64,000 nt of DNA from Podarcis tiliguerta (Eukaryota). This document shows positions 62,790 to 64,000 of the stretch, in pieces; within the stretch, counting starts at the first letter, position 1; the number at the start of each line of letters is the position of its first letter. The notes beneath the pieces are model-generated. The model worked only from the letters and a program-made list of their open reading frames with translations. It was not told the origin of the DNA and ran no database searches. The position numbers and the translations under genes are program-made. The stretch lies in assembly GCA_965153285.1 (NCBI GenBank), contig OZ229117.1; one strand, 5' to 3'.

Positions 62790-63200
62790 AAGGATCCGGA
62801 AGCAAAGCCTTAGGATGAATGCTTGATGGAGTTGGATACGTTCAGCCTGGAAAAGAGAAGAGCGAGAGATTATATGAGAGTCATCTTCAACTGTCCAAAG
62901 GGTTGTCACATGGAAGAGGGAGCAGGCTTGTTTTCTTCTGCTCCAGAGGCTGAAACCTGAACCAATGGATTCAAGTTACAAGAAAGGAGATTCCAACTGA
63001 ACATCAGGAAGAACTTACAGATGGTAAGAGCTTTTTGAAGTGGAACACACAGCATTGGAAAGTGGTGGACTCCCCTTCACTGGAACAGAGGTTGTGTGGC
63101 CACCTGTCCAGGACTCTTTAGGTGTGATTCCTGCATTGCAGGAGGTTGCACTTAGATGACCCTTTCAGTCCCTTCTAACACTACAATTCTGTGATTCTGT
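62790..63200 (+). mobile_element. CR1 3' fragment
   Basis: TTCAGCCTGGAAAAGAGAAG..CCAATGGATTCAAGTTACAAGAAAGGAGATTCC..ACAATTCTGTGATTCTG. Confidence 0.85.
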
Positions 63201-64000
63201 TTCATATTCAAGTCCTTCAGATGATGGGTCACCATTTTTACATGTTGTCCTTCTGCAGCTGCTGGGCTTAGGACAAGGTTGGCAGCTCTTTGGGGGAAAC
63301 AGTTCAGTAAAGCACTCTTGAACCATCTGGGTTGGGGTGGAGTCCTCTTTTCCAGGGCTGGAGCCAGGAGTGGTTCCCAGAAGGAGTTTTGTGGATTTGA
63401 GTGGGTGAAGTCTAGCCCAAAAGCTGTCTATTCACCAGAGGTGCACAAATTTGTTTATTTTGCAATTGAACAGCCTCACCACTCACGCTGCTGGCAAGGG
63501 CTTGCAAAGCAGGCTGGGATATAGATGGATAGATGTGGATATTTCTGGTTGGTTGGTCGGCAACCATAGCATCATATGGGTTAAAATCCACATTTAAAAA
63601 TACAACTCTGGAATACATTCATCAAGTCTCTGTGGCTACCTGCCCAGTTTCTCTGGATAGGTAAGTCAATGCAACCCATCAACCATCTGTTCTAATTGGA
63701 CATTCTGCCTACAGAGGCATTATAAATATGCAAAGAATGTGGAGGGGGGAAGCAACCCCCTGATGGATTATCTGGATAACAATAGTTTTAATTTTTCATT
63801 TGTTTGTGTGGTTTGTAGCAGTGAATAAAGTATTGGGGTGACATCTGGAAGAACTGAATTGAGACAGATGAAACTCTTCAAACAAAACCAGCCCGTCTGA
63901 GGCATCGCATCGGCTTTGTATGCATCTTCTCTGTGGCTCTGACTGAAGCATTTCCATTATTTCCTGCTGCCTTTGGCAGGATTCAGGGTGGGCAGAAAGA

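Noticed and set aside
1-64000. CRISPR array, operon, prophage or endogenous viral gene
   Set aside because: No regularly spaced repeat-spacer structure, no gene-dense region and no viral ORF motifs. The LTRs seen are solo, with no internal gag/pol/env.

Overview
Non-coding, transposon-rich vertebrate DNA. It is very probably from a squamate, most likely a lacertid lizard, inferred from Sauria (POM-like), Squam3-like and Squam2-like SINEs alongside CR1, L2, L1, RTE-X, Rex1/Babar and Penelope fragments. I found no host protein-coding exon, tRNA or rRNA gene, or CRISPR array. The ORFs with recognisable protein content are all LINE reverse-transcriptase remnants. Between the repeats are several repeat-free blocks rich in homeodomain, TCF or FOX motifs, as expected in a large intron or gene desert near a developmental gene (inference only). 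Most notable observations: (1) a 211-bp near-perfect inverted copy (43536-43746 vs 50400-50610), apparently templated from one Squam3 SINE locus into an oppositely oriented SINE about 6.7 kb away; (2) a Penelope fragment carrying a decayed minimal hammerhead ribozyme; (3) a young RTE-X-like insertion with an open ORF and perfect 11-bp TSD; (4) two solo-LTR families, one copy nested inside the other; (5) a MITE carrying a CTCF-like motif. I did not find evidence of a new multi-gene system. Family names come from recalled consensus features, not from database searches.
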